The notes beneath the pieces are model-generated. The model made no database searches. It worked only from the letters and a program-made list of their open reading frames with translations, and had not been told where the DNA came from. A stretch of 64,000 nt of DNA from NCBI GenBank assembly GCA_964636285.1, contig CAZWQF010000003.1:5226-69225 (forward strand), in the 5' to 3' direction. The stretch is from an uncultured Candidatus Saccharibacteria bacterium (lineage in GTDB: Bacteria; Patescibacteriota; WWE3; UBA101185; 2-01-FULL-41-18). A program made the position numbers and the translations under genes. How positions within the stretch are numbered: position 1 is the stretch's first letter; each line of letters begins with the position of its first letter. Of the stretch, positions 19,442 to 29,080 are shown in pieces.

Positions 19442-19561
19442 ATGAAAAAGATTAAACAAGTGATTTGGTATTTAACAGATAAGTGCTTGTACTGCGGTGG
19501 CCCTTTAGCCCTATGGAGCTGGAAGAAGGCATACTGTACCAGATGTGGATCTGTCAGCTAA
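19442..19561 (+). CDS. 39-aa zinc-ribbon-like small protein
   Basis: MKKIKQVIWYLTDKCLYCGGPLALWSWKKAYCTRCGSVS has CxxC...CxxC. TATAGT box upstream and a hairpin over the stop codon. Confidence 0.6.
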   Translation: MKKIKQVIWYLTDKCLYCGGPLALWSWKKAYCTRCGSVS

Positions 19562-19657
19562 GCTGATGGGTCAAGACGTGCCTGTCAGTCTGGTGCAGCA
19601 TGCCTTCTTCTCACCTTATACCTGTTTTAAGACCTATTTAGCGAGTATAATACCCCA

Positions 19658-20254
19658 ATGAAACAAAAAATCATTGCCTCAATCATAGTACTTGTAGCAA
19701 TTATTGGAGTTGGTGGGTACTTTGTTTACAGCAGCACCCTAAATGCATCCAACAAATCGCAAAACAAATCAAGCGTTTATTCAGTGTCTCAAAAGGACAT
19801 AAAAGCCCCAACAAACCAGACAGCCCCTTTGCTTGAATCATCTCCTGAAATGCTTGATTTTAAAGGAAGTTTTGAAGATCTTTTAGCTAGAGGAGGATCA
19901 GTACAGTGTATTTGGAGTGGAGAAGTATCAGGCTCTCAAGTAAATGCAACAGCTTTTATTAAAGACGGCAAAATTGCTATGGAAGGAAAAATGACTACTA
20001 AGGGTGTGGCATCAAATGTATTCCTAGTAGGAAACAAGGATAGCGTAACAGGGTGGATGGTAGTTCCGGTTATTGGTCAAAAACTTGGGTATAAAATAAA
20101 CCTTTCTGAACTCAAAAAGTATGCTGACTCCAGCGACCAGGTAAAAAAGCAGGCGTACGAGCAGGCTAAAAAGAGTTACAGTTATAAATGTAGCGAATGG
20201 AATTACGACGAGTCAAAATTTAAGATTCCGTCAGACATTAAGTTTTATAACTAA
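19658..20254 (+). CDS. Membrane-anchored exported hypothetical protein (CPR-type)
   Basis: N-terminal TM; G.SVQC...YKCSEW..DESKF.IP..IKF pattern. Confidence 0.7.
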   Translation: MKQKIIASIIVLVAIIGVGGYFVYSSTLNASNKSQNKSSVYSVSQKDIKAPTNQTAPLLESSPEMLDFKGSFEDLLARGGSVQCIWSGEVSGSQVNATAFIKDGKIAMEGKMTTKGVASNVFLVGNKDSVTGWMVVPVIGQKLGYKINLSELKKYADSSDQVKKQAYEQAKKSYSYKCSEWNYDESKFKIPSDIKFYN

Positions 20255-20263
20255 ACTTTATAT

Positions 20264-21127
20264 ATGAACTGGTTTATTGCTTCAATTGCATCTGTTGGAG
20301 CTCTTGCTTTGGCAGAGCTTACACAACAACATATTTTAAACAGCAAGAATGAAATTGACGAAAGAGTCAGCGGAGTTCTTACATTCTTTTTCCAGTCAGT
20401 ATTAACACTACCAATAATATATTTTTTGGGACTTCAGGGAAGATTCTTTGAGCTTTTTCACGGATCAGTGACCTTGAATTTATTTGCTGTAACTTTGGTT
20501 GGAACTGCAGGAACTTTCTTTTATTTAAAAAGTTTTAGAGTAGAAAATATAAGCTATTCTTCTATCTTTGTTTCGCTTTCAGCAATAGTTTCCACAACTC
20601 TTGGAATCATTTTTTTCAACGAAGGGGTCAGCCTTATTAAATTTATTGGGATCGGATTAGTTCTTATCTCCGTAATCAGCTTAAATATAAGTAATGGTGC
20701 GATTGAGAAAAACCATCTTTATGGACTTCTTGCAGGTACTTGTTTTGGTATAATGTACACGCTTGATAAAAGTATTGTTACTAGAACACATCCCGTGCTT
20801 TACATATTCTGGGCATTTTTTTTGGTTTCTCTTCTTGGATTTTTCCTAAATGCAAAGAACACGATTGCCACAGTCAAAACATTAAAACTTAATGACTTTT
20901 TACCGGTTTTTGTTTCGGGTTTTGGGTACTTAATCTATAATTTCTGCACTTTTATTGCTTATAATCTAGGAGGCGAAGTAGGCAAGATCGATGCAATTAA
21001 TAATTCGCAAATTTTTTTAATTATCCTGGTTGAATTTTTTATTTTTAAGCAAAAGGAAGGTATTAAAAGAAAGCTCATTACAGCTGTTATTGCCTTCACT
21101 GGAGTTGCAATCCTAGGTTATCTATAA
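20264..21127 (+). CDS. EamA/DMT family transporter
   Basis: About 10 TM segments in two repeats; LGIIFFNE and FFIFKQKE. Confidence 0.88.
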   Translation: MNWFIASIASVGALALAELTQQHILNSKNEIDERVSGVLTFFFQSVLTLPIIYFLGLQGRFFELFHGSVTLNLFAVTLVGTAGTFFYLKSFRVENISYSSIFVSLSAIVSTTLGIIFFNEGVSLIKFIGIGLVLISVISLNISNGAIEKNHLYGLLAGTCFGIMYTLDKSIVTRTHPVLYIFWAFFLVSLLGFFLNAKNTIATVKTLKLNDFLPVFVSGFGYLIYNFCTFIAYNLGGEVGKIDAINNSQIFLIILVEFFIFKQKEGIKRKLITAVIAFTGVAILGYL

Positions 21128-21153
21128 TCACTTTCAGGTGGTAAAATATAAGA

Positions 21154-21927
21154 ATGAGTAATATAAAAGTACCGGTAGAAGAGAACAAACTACTGGAGAA
21201 GGTTGTAGACCTTATAAATGCAAATGTAGAGATAAATACTCTCTGGAGAGTTATTAACACAAATGCCATTACAAGGCTTGGGATGACCGATCACGGCCCA
21301 ACGCATTTTCAAATTGTTTCAAACAGCGCGTTAAAAATATTAAGAACATTAGTTCGTCATGGAGTTAAAACATCAATCGAGAAGGACTTAAATTTAACAA
21401 ATAATCATGCAGAGGTAGTGGTTTTTTTGGCTAGCGTAATGCATGACCTTGGGATGTCCATTAGTAGAAGTGGACATGAAGAATTCAGTTTAATTTTAAC
21501 CAACACATTACTTAGGGAAATTCTATCTTTTATGCCGATTGAAGAGAGAACAATTGTAATTTCTGAAACACTTCATGCAATAATTTCACATAGAAGCGGT
21601 GGAAAACCTCTTACCATAGAAGCAGGTGTTGTAAGAGTATCTGATGCCCTTGATATGACTAAAGGAAGGTCAAGAGTTACGTCTGAGCTTGGAAATGTAG
21701 ATATACACTCAGTCTCTCATCAAGCAGTTGAAAAAGTTGAAATACTTGAGGGGACAGATAAGCCTGTTCAAATTAATTTTTACCTAAATAATATGGCAGG
21801 AATATTTCAGGTGGATGACCTAATGGGAAGCAAGCTTGTAGGCTCTGGTATTGAAAAATATACGCACGCAACTGCATACCTTGATAATAACTCTGAATTT
21901 AAGGTAGTGAAGGATTTCAATTTATAA
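21154..21927 (+). CDS. HD-domain metal-dependent phosphohydrolase (COG3294-like)
   Basis: DHGPTH, MHDLG, HAIISH, SDALDMTKGRSR, DIHSVS. Confidence 0.85.
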   Translation: MSNIKVPVEENKLLEKVVDLINANVEINTLWRVINTNAITRLGMTDHGPTHFQIVSNSALKILRTLVRHGVKTSIEKDLNLTNNHAEVVVFLASVMHDLGMSISRSGHEEFSLILTNTLLREILSFMPIEERTIVISETLHAIISHRSGGKPLTIEAGVVRVSDALDMTKGRSRVTSELGNVDIHSVSHQAVEKVEILEGTDKPVQINFYLNNMAGIFQVDDLMGSKLVGSGIEKYTHATAYLDNNSEFKVVKDFNL

Positions 21928-21933
21928 TTACCT

Positions 21934-22749
21934 ATGCAATTTTTATCCCACTTTCACGACCCTGATAACCTCTTTGTCTCAATTTTAGAAAGAGTTGAAG
22001 GTAAACTTCCAGCAGAATTGAAAGGAAGCGTGGTTGCTGTAACTCCGGAAACTACCATTACTGTCTATGAATTAGTAAAAAGACTTGGCTTCACAATTGT
22101 TGAGGGAGGTCCTTACGGAGTTGGAAGGATGTCAGCCCTTAAAAAAACTTTAAGCCTTTCTGATGATGATTTATTTTTTGTATGTGACTTTGATAAAATG
22201 CTTCACTGGATTGAAAATGATCCAGCTGAATTCAACTCCATTTTTAGTATTAAACCTGAATTTGATTTAACTGCTATTGCGAGGGGAGAAAAAGCTAAGG
22301 CCACCTATCCTCTTTCGTGGCTAGAAACAGAATTTATTGCAACTAGAATAATTGGAAAAATTCTAGGTAAAGAAGTTGATTTAATGAACGGGCCTTACAT
22401 TGCAAATAGAAAAGCTGCCGAGACAATTGCTGAGAAAGCTAGAGAAACAGGTGTTGGAGCATGCACTGAGTGGTGCTTAATTGCACATTTAAACAATCTC
22501 ACTGTAGGAAACTACTTTGTTAATGGGCTCACATGGGAAGATCCGGATAGGTATTCAAAACAAATTGCAGAATCAGGAAGTTTTGAAGCTTGGAAAAATA
22601 GAACATTTGATTCACTGTACGAATGGAGAAAGAGAGTTGAGTTCCTACATAGACAAGTAGAAGTAATGATTAGGTTAACTAACGATCCAATTAACCCCAA
22701 ATTCCCTAACACAACTAGAAATACTAACGAAACACTTAAAAGGTTTTAA
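21934..22749 (+). CDS. Conserved hypothetical protein, possible GT-A glycosyltransferase fold
   Basis: HDPD at the N-terminus, GR..AL, DxD motif CDFD, LHW, ETE, GLTWE. Confidence 0.55.
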   Translation: MQFLSHFHDPDNLFVSILERVEGKLPAELKGSVVAVTPETTITVYELVKRLGFTIVEGGPYGVGRMSALKKTLSLSDDDLFFVCDFDKMLHWIENDPAEFNSIFSIKPEFDLTAIARGEKAKATYPLSWLETEFIATRIIGKILGKEVDLMNGPYIANRKAAETIAEKARETGVGACTEWCLIAHLNNLTVGNYFVNGLTWEDPDRYSKQIAESGSFEAWKNRTFDSLYEWRKRVEFLHRQVEVMIRLTNDPINPKFPNTTRNTNETLKRF

Positions 22750-23426
22750 TTTTTGTTAAGCTTGTCGCTAATTATTTTCCCGTCAGATAATTCAATAATT
22801 CTATGCGTCATTTTTGCATAATCCTGTTCATGCGTAACCATCATTATTGTTTGCCCAGCCCTATTTAATTCAAGAAAATATTCAAGTACAACCTGAGAAG
22901 ATTCAGAGTCAAGATTTGCCGTAGGCTCATCTGCAAATAAGATTTTTGGAGTGTGCGCAATTGCTCTTGCAATACTCACCCTCTGCTGCTGACCACCTGA
23001 AAGTTGACTTGGTAGGTTATTAAGCCTCTCCTTAAGCCCAACTTTCTCAAGAGCCAATGTAGCAAGTTTTTGGGACTCTTGGGAGCTTCTCCCTTGCATC
23101 ATCAACGGTATTCTAACGTTTTCTAGTGCTGTTAGTGACGAAATAAGAGAGTAGTCCTGAAAAACATAACCCATTGTATTAAGCCTAACTTTAGTTCTTT
23201 CAGAACTTTTAAGATTTGTTACTTCCTTACTCTCAACAAACAACTGACCTGATGTAGGATGATCAAGAAGACCAATTTGGTACAAAAGCGTGCTTTTGCC
23301 TGAACCTGATCTTCCAGTGATAGCTACAAATTGTCCCGACTCAACTTTAAAGCTCAAATTATTTATAGCAATTAGTTCTGAGTTTCCAGTTTTAAATTTT
23401 TTTATTAAGTTTTTTACCTCAATCAT
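22746..23426 (-). CDS. ABC transporter ATP-binding protein (LolD/MacB-type)
   Basis: GRSGSGKS, LSGGQQQRV, DEPTANLD. Confidence 0.95.
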   Translation of the reverse strand: MIEVKNLIKKFKTGNSELIAINNLSFKVESGQFVAITGRSGSGKSTLLYQIGLLDHPTSGQLFVESKEVTNLKSSERTKVRLNTMGYVFQDYSLISSLTALENVRIPLMMQGRSSQESQKLATLALEKVGLKERLNNLPSQLSGGQQQRVSIARAIAHTPKILFADEPTANLDSESSQVVLEYFLELNRAGQTIMMVTHEQDYAKMTHRIIELSDGKIISDKLNKN

Positions 23427-23428
23427 TT

Positions 23429-24715
23429 CTATCTTCCTAAAATGGCATCCAGAGTATTCTGTTTAACAATAAGTCTTGCAGGAATAAAACCTGCAACAGT
23501 TGTAGCACAAAATAAAATTACAGCTCTGATAAAAGTACCATCATATTCAGCTACAAGAATACCATCGCTAAAAGGAAAATTTATTGGATTTGCATTAAAA
23601 AATGGCACGAGTGCTCCATATATAATTAATGTTCCAAAACTAACTCCAACAAATGCATAAAAAGATGACTGGAAAATATATGAAATTTCTATTGCAAGAG
23701 AGCTTACACCTATGCCTTTTAGCACTCCTATAAACCTCCTTCTTGTAACGGCATTAACAAAAATTACAATAAAAATAGTAATTGTTGCTACAACAAGACC
23801 AACGGAACCAATTAAATTGCCCAAAATGTTAAATGTCATTTTAATGTCAGCTAAAAACTTAGGCTCTGCTTCTGCTGATGTTTGAATTCGTGCTTGTTTG
23901 TCAAAATCCATAAAGTACATGTTTTTAATTAGTTGCTTTGCTGTTTTCTCGTTATGAGAATTTAGATGAATTGCTATTTCATCCGCATTAAGGTCACTTC
24001 TATCTATCATTTTTCTAACTTGCGATGCATTCATATAAATTCTTTGATCCACTGTTTGAAGTTTTGTCTTGATGATACCTACAATAGTCACTTCTCTTTG
24101 GTGCCCATTCATTGTAAGCCTTACTTTAGATCCTATATCAGCTGTCTTTAGGGTTGGCTGATTTGGAGAATCAATAGGGGAGTACTTAAAAAGTAATGTT
24201 GAACCAACTAAAATCTCATCCTCTGAGTCTTTGTTTAAGTATCTACCTTCTATTACATATTTTGACAGATTTGATACTTGATTTTCTTGTTCTGGATCAA
24301 TACCTGCAAGAAATGCGGATGTATTATCTACCTCATCATAAACACTTTTTCTATCCTTATAGTTACTTTCAAGTTTTGCGTTATCTATATATCTTGAGGT
24401 ATATGCAGCAACCTCAGGTTGTTTTGATAAAAATGATTGAATATCCTGAGTTCCAATTATGTAGTCTTTCTCTCTTAGTGTTGAGACAATCACATCTCCT
24501 GAGTATCTCTGCCTTACGGTATCGCTTATACCTGCGGCAAGACCAACTAAAATACCACGCACTGCAATCAAATTTAGGAATGTAAGGGTCATCACAAAAG
24601 TTATCAGAACAGTAGTCCATTTACTGGCTCTTCCAATATCTCTTAATGCAAGGAAAAATCCAACTTTAATTGAAATTAAAAGCAGGCTGATTTTACTTGT
24701 TGCCTTTGTTATCAT
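23429..24715 (-). CDS. ABC permease, FtsX/MacB family
   Basis: TM1, large extracytoplasmic domain, RRFIGVLKGIG, C-terminal PAR motif. Confidence 0.9.
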   Translation of the reverse strand: MITKATSKISLLLISIKVGFFLALRDIGRASKWTTVLITFVMTLTFLNLIAVRGILVGLAAGISDTVRQRYSGDVIVSTLREKDYIIGTQDIQSFLSKQPEVAAYTSRYIDNAKLESNYKDRKSVYDEVDNTSAFLAGIDPEQENQVSNLSKYVIEGRYLNKDSEDEILVGSTLLFKYSPIDSPNQPTLKTADIGSKVRLTMNGHQREVTIVGIIKTKLQTVDQRIYMNASQVRKMIDRSDLNADEIAIHLNSHNEKTAKQLIKNMYFMDFDKQARIQTSAEAEPKFLADIKMTFNILGNLIGSVGLVVATITIFIVIFVNAVTRRRFIGVLKGIGVSSLAIEISYIFQSSFYAFVGVSFGTLIIYGALVPFFNANPINFPFSDGILVAEYDGTFIRAVILFCATTVAGFIPARLIVKQNTLDAILGR

Positions 24716-24716
24716 G

Positions 24717-25904
24717 TTATTTTGAAATCAAAATAGAATCGGATTCTGAAATACCGGAAAGAATTTCGGAGTTCACGTCACCTTTTATCCCAACTTCAAC
24801 TTTCTTCTCCTCTTCTTTACCTGAAACTACAGACTTAACATAATACATCCCGTCTCTTTGATAAATTGACGAATTGGGAAGCGAAAGAACATTCTCTCTT
24901 TTGTCTGTTTCAATTGTTACTGTTGCAGACATTCCAGATCTAATTTCTCTTGCTTCTTTGGAGTCATCAAACGAAACTAGTACCTTGAAACTTGTAACCC
25001 CTTGAAGAGGTTTTCCAATGTCATCAACATGAATGACTTTTCCAGTAAATTCTTTTCCTGGGAATGCATCAAGTCTAATTTTTGCTTTTTGATTCTCTTT
25101 TACCTTGCTGATTTTAAGCTCTGTTATATCAATATAAACATACTGAGTTTCTTTGTTTGAGAGTATGAGTACAGGGTCGGGCGCAGTTTCACCTTGAGCA
25201 GGAGTTCTTTTTACTTCTACTTTGTCACTGACCGAGCGACTTAAATTTGACACAGTACCTGCAACTGATGCTGTAACTATATTTGATAGTACAGACTGAT
25301 AATCAAGCCAACTTGAGTTAACAAGTGACCGGGAGGACTGAATTGAGGATTCAATTTGCTCCTTTTTTTCTACTAATGAATCCTTGTAAACTCTGGCTGC
25401 TTCCACACCTGACTTAGCCTGCTTAACTTCTTCTTGTGTGTATTCTCGTCCCGTTGAAGGGTTTGTTCTATTTTCTGCATCTCCAGAAACTACTGTTTGT
25501 TCCTTAGCTTGTGCGGATCTAAGACTTGATTCTGCAGACTGAAAATCAGATTGTAACGAAACTGATGATTGCTCAGCACTCTTCAGTGAAGCAACTGCTG
25601 CGAGGTAGTTTGCATAAGCCTTTGCCTTATCCTGTTCGGAAGAAGTACTTTTAACTTTAAACAATTTCTGACCAGGTTTAACTATATCACCATTTTTGAC
25701 ATACAGCTCCTCAATAACCCCATTCGAGTTTGCAAAAATATCTAGTTTTCCAAGAGCCTCCACATTACCGCTTGCAGTTACAAAGGCTTCAATTGTTTGC
25801 TTGGTTGGTTGTTGAGTTGTTTGTTTGGAAGAATTTTGTTTTAGAAAAATAAAACTTACTAATCCAAGCGCCAAAACTATCACAATTACATACCATTTTT
25901 TCAT
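24717..25904 (-). CDS. Efflux periplasmic adaptor (MacA/HlyD family)
   Basis: Lipoyl-like G.IEELYVKNGD.VK.GQ, coiled coil, IRSGMSA, EILSGISE. Confidence 0.9.
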   Translation of the reverse strand: MKKWYVIVIVLALGLVSFIFLKQNSSKQTTQQPTKQTIEAFVTASGNVEALGKLDIFANSNGVIEELYVKNGDIVKPGQKLFKVKSTSSEQDKAKAYANYLAAVASLKSAEQSSVSLQSDFQSAESSLRSAQAKEQTVVSGDAENRTNPSTGREYTQEEVKQAKSGVEAARVYKDSLVEKKEQIESSIQSSRSLVNSSWLDYQSVLSNIVTASVAGTVSNLSRSVSDKVEVKRTPAQGETAPDPVLILSNKETQYVYIDITELKISKVKENQKAKIRLDAFPGKEFTGKVIHVDDIGKPLQGVTSFKVLVSFDDSKEAREIRSGMSATVTIETDKRENVLSLPNSSIYQRDGMYYVKSVVSGKEEEKKVEVGIKGDVNSEILSGISESDSILISK

Positions 25905-25970
25905 CTAGAAGATTCTACATCTATAATTGAATATAGCCAACTCAAAATAATTGTAGTAGTTTAGTATCTT

Positions 25971-26360
25971 ATGGAGTTTCCTGTTCATATTGGCATTTCT
26001 AAAACACTTGGGATCAGAGGGGTTATGGCAACTAAACTGATTAAAAAAGGTGAGATTATTGAAGTATGTCCAGTAATACCTTTTGAATCAGGTGATTGGG
26101 ATAAAATTAGAAATTCAATACTTTATTACTACTATTTTGACTGGGAAGATGATAAGTACGCTCTCCCTTTAGGGTACGGAGTTCTATATAACCATTCATA
26201 TAGCCCCAATGCAGTATATGAATTTGACGAAGTAAATGGAAACCTTGTTATACGAGCTTACAAAGATATTCCTCAAGAAGAAGAGATACTAATAAACTAT
26301 AACTACGTGCCAACTGACAATGCTCCAATAGAATGGCTCACCGAAAAAATGCTCGGGTAA
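25971..26360 (+). CDS. SET-domain protein (putative lysine methyltransferase)
   Basis: RGVMA...IKKGE, YNHSYSPNA, EEILINY. Confidence 0.92.
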   Translation: MEFPVHIGISKTLGIRGVMATKLIKKGEIIEVCPVIPFESGDWDKIRNSILYYYYFDWEDDKYALPLGYGVLYNHSYSPNAVYEFDEVNGNLVIRAYKDIPQEEEILINYNYVPTDNAPIEWLTEKMLG

Positions 26361-26380
26361 TCTTGGTTTGTACTTAAGTC

Positions 26381-26653
26381 TTATAAAAATGGGTAATTAA
26401 TTCTAATTAGCTCCCAAAATTTTTCTGAAAGGCTTGTTGAAAAATTAGCGAATTTTGTTCGTTCAGTTTTTGAACAAAGTTGGTCTTCATATTTGCTGAT
26501 TATTCTAATTGCTTTTCTTCTTACTTCGTCAAAACTTTCTTGTTTAGAAGAGTCTGCCTGTAGAGCTGTATGCGCCTCTGTCAATTCGGAAAATAATTCT
26601 GGATGTTCCTCTAGCATAAGATCATAATATTTTTTGTATTTTGTTGATGACAT
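26381..26653 (-). CDS. Conserved hypothetical protein (CPR-type)
   Basis: KYK.YY..M...ELF...YE..LC..TE....FS..LSEKFW pattern. Confidence 0.65.
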   Translation of the reverse strand: MSSTKYKKYYDLMLEEHPELFSELTEAHTALQADSSKQESFDEVRRKAIRIISKYEDQLCSKTERTKFANFSTSLSEKFWELIRINYPFL

Positions 26654-26719
26654 AATTATTCGATACTAGCATAGACCCTTAGACAGGAACAACACTTAGC
26701 TATATGATTAAACAGAAAT

Positions 26720-27856
26720 ATGTTTAAAGGAATTCCAGCAGGAAAAATTGTACTTCTTTGGCTAACTTTTACATTAGGACTTTTATTAACAGTTCTATTT
26801 ATGGCAACTGGAGGCTTTATCAAAGTAGCAGTTGATTTTAAGGAGTTATTTTTTGCTGTGTGGGGATACGGGTGGGACGGCGCTCAATATCTAGAGATAG
26901 TAACTAAGGGATACAGGTTTCCCAACCAAGCTTTTTTTCCTCTCTACCCTTTAATTGTCTGGACACTTCACTTGGCACTTCCATTAACTGTAAGTTATAG
27001 AATTAACATTTTGCTTTCGCTTGCTTTGTTATTTGTGCTTTACAGGTCACTTAACGATCTAGGAATTGAGGAAGAGGCGGACAAAGTTAAAGCGATTGCG
27101 GTATATTTATTTTTTGCAACATCGTTTTATCTTCAAGCAAGCTATGCAGAAACAGTACTTATAACACTAAGTGCATTAGCATTAATTAAGCTTCATAAAA
27201 AAGAATATTTTTACTCTGCTTTGTTTGCAGGATTAGCCACTGCAACAAAACCGAATGGGGTAGTAGTCTCAATAGTGCTTATATCTATTTATTTTTGGAA
27301 CGAACTTTACATTTTTGAGAAAAGAAAGCTAAATGTATCGTTTAAAAAGATTGTAACTTTTCTGTTGTTAATTTTGATTTCTAACATAGGAATACTCAGT
27401 TACTTTGGTTACCTGAATTTTTACGGAAAAGGCATTGATTCTTTTTTTAGAGCGCAAAAGGAGTGGGGAAGAGGGGAAATTAACATACTGCAAATTCCAT
27501 CTTTGCTAAAGTGGGAGTACACAAACTTTTTCTCACATCTAATAGAACCTGGAAAGTTTTTCTTTAAGGATACAGTCGAGGTATCATCTCTTACTTTTTT
27601 AATTATTATGTTGATTGTTAGTTTCAAGAAACTTCCTAAAGAATACTACTTATTTTCACTTGGCCAAATATTACTCCCGCTGGCTTCAGGAACAACACTT
27701 AGTATTGGAAGATTTGCTTTAGTGAACTTTCCTTTGATTCTATTTTTTTCTAAATACTTAAAAAGTAATTTTAGCTTCTCAATATATTTATACATCTCTA
27801 CACTTTTACAAATTGTCTTATTAGGATTTTTTATGAGTGGGAAATTTGTTGGCTGA
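26720..27856 (+). CDS. Membrane mannosyltransferase (PIG-V-like, GT-C)
   Basis: WDGAQYLEI, AFFPLYP, YAE, AQKEWGR, SIGRF...FP. Confidence 0.85.
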   Translation: MFKGIPAGKIVLLWLTFTLGLLLTVLFMATGGFIKVAVDFKELFFAVWGYGWDGAQYLEIVTKGYRFPNQAFFPLYPLIVWTLHLALPLTVSYRINILLSLALLFVLYRSLNDLGIEEEADKVKAIAVYLFFATSFYLQASYAETVLITLSALALIKLHKKEYFYSALFAGLATATKPNGVVVSIVLISIYFWNELYIFEKRKLNVSFKKIVTFLLLILISNIGILSYFGYLNFYGKGIDSFFRAQKEWGRGEINILQIPSLLKWEYTNFFSHLIEPGKFFFKDTVEVSSLTFLIIMLIVSFKKLPKEYYLFSLGQILLPLASGTTLSIGRFALVNFPLILFFSKYLKSNFSFSIYLYISTLLQIVLLGFFMSGKFVG

Positions 27857-28643
27857 TTTTTCTACACTTTAGTGCCATAAATAATGGGATCTCAACTCTT
27901 GATGTATTTTCGGCTTTTGCTCTTGTTCCCTGACTATTTTTATCAGACACCCATTCTTCTAAGTTCTCTATAACGAATCCAGCTTTACTCAATTCCAAAA
28001 ACAATCTTGAGATTGGAAAATGAAAAGATATAGCAACGGATGATTTTTCCCCTAAACCTGGATTTACCGACACTGGAATTTCCATGTAGGACATGTACTT
28101 TGATATTTTTCTATATTGAATATTTGATTTGTCACTAAATTCCCAAGAGGAGTGCCTTGGAATTCTAAAGCATGGATGATTGATTACGATTACCATAACA
28201 CCGCTATCCAGTAAATTGTCTGAAGCAGTTTTAAGAACATTTTCAAAATGTTTTATATTCTGAAGAGCTAGAATTACTGAGGCATGTGAGTACTTTTCAG
28301 ATAGTTTTAATGGAGTAGATAAATTAAACTGCGTATATTTGTGATTTGGATTTTTATCAAATTTTACAGCATCTTTAATAAGCTGGCTTGAACCATCTAT
28401 GCCGTGATACGTGACTTCTTTATGCGAAACAAGACTTCTTCCAAGAATACCTTGACCACATGCAAGATCTAAAAGTGAAGAAGACTTCTGTAAATTTAAA
28501 AGTTTAATTACCCCAGGAATAACAACCGATTGGTGGTAATAATGTCCTTTTTCTCCAACAAGTTTTGAATACCACTCAGATGGCTTTTCCCAAGAAGAAT
28601 TTGAAGGCTTATTTAAATTAGAAATGTTTGAATTGTTAATCAT
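27831..28643 (-). CDS. Class I SAM-dependent methyltransferase
   Basis: LDLACGQG, NHPCFRIP, LEEWVSDK. Confidence 0.9.
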   Translation of the reverse strand: MINNSNISNLNKPSNSSWEKPSEWYSKLVGEKGHYYHQSVVIPGVIKLLNLQKSSSLLDLACGQGILGRSLVSHKEVTYHGIDGSSQLIKDAVKFDKNPNHKYTQFNLSTPLKLSEKYSHASVILALQNIKHFENVLKTASDNLLDSGVMVIVINHPCFRIPRHSSWEFSDKSNIQYRKISKYMSYMEIPVSVNPGLGEKSSVAISFHFPISRLFLELSKAGFVIENLEEWVSDKNSQGTRAKAENTSRVEIPLFMALKCRKISQQISHS

Positions 28644-28655
28644 AATTTAGTTGGT

Positions 28656-28701
28656 TGGGGAGCGCCTAAGCAATGATATTCTATCACTTAGGCGTTCCCC
28701 A
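28656..28701. terminator. Long stem-loop downstream of 28716-28934
   Basis: TGGGGAGCGCCTAAG / CTTAGGCGTTCCCCA. No clear U-tract. Confidence 0.55.
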
Positions 28702-28715
28702 GATGCTCGATCGAA

Positions 28716-28934
28716 CTAATTCTCCATAAACCCAGTCCGAACGAGGCTCTTCTTGACCCAAACCAGGACAGCGTCGACGACAAAGGTCACCGCCACCGCC
28801 ACTACCAGTGCCACGACCAGATCTAGACCGGTCGTTTGGAGCAAGGGCTTAGATGCAAGCAGCCAAGCCAGAGCACCGAGGACAATTGAAGGCCCCCAAT
28901 GCCAATCGAGCCAGAAGATCACGAATTTCTTCAT
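28716..28934 (-). CDS. Small two-TM orphan membrane protein
   Basis: GAGG SD, two hydrophobic helices, GC above background. Confidence 0.65.
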   Translation of the reverse strand: MKKFVIFWLDWHWGPSIVLGALAWLLASKPLLQTTGLDLVVALVVAVAVTFVVDAVLVWVKKSLVRTGFMEN

Positions 28935-29080
28935 CTTTTTCCTCTTTCAATACAGTTCAAATTTTGTGTAATATTAACCTATAGTCTTAATTAAGGCAAG
29001 TTGAGTTAGATTATTTACAAAGACGCTGTAATAAACCTCACAACCTTTTTTGGCCTAAACAAAAATGCTAATATAATAAA

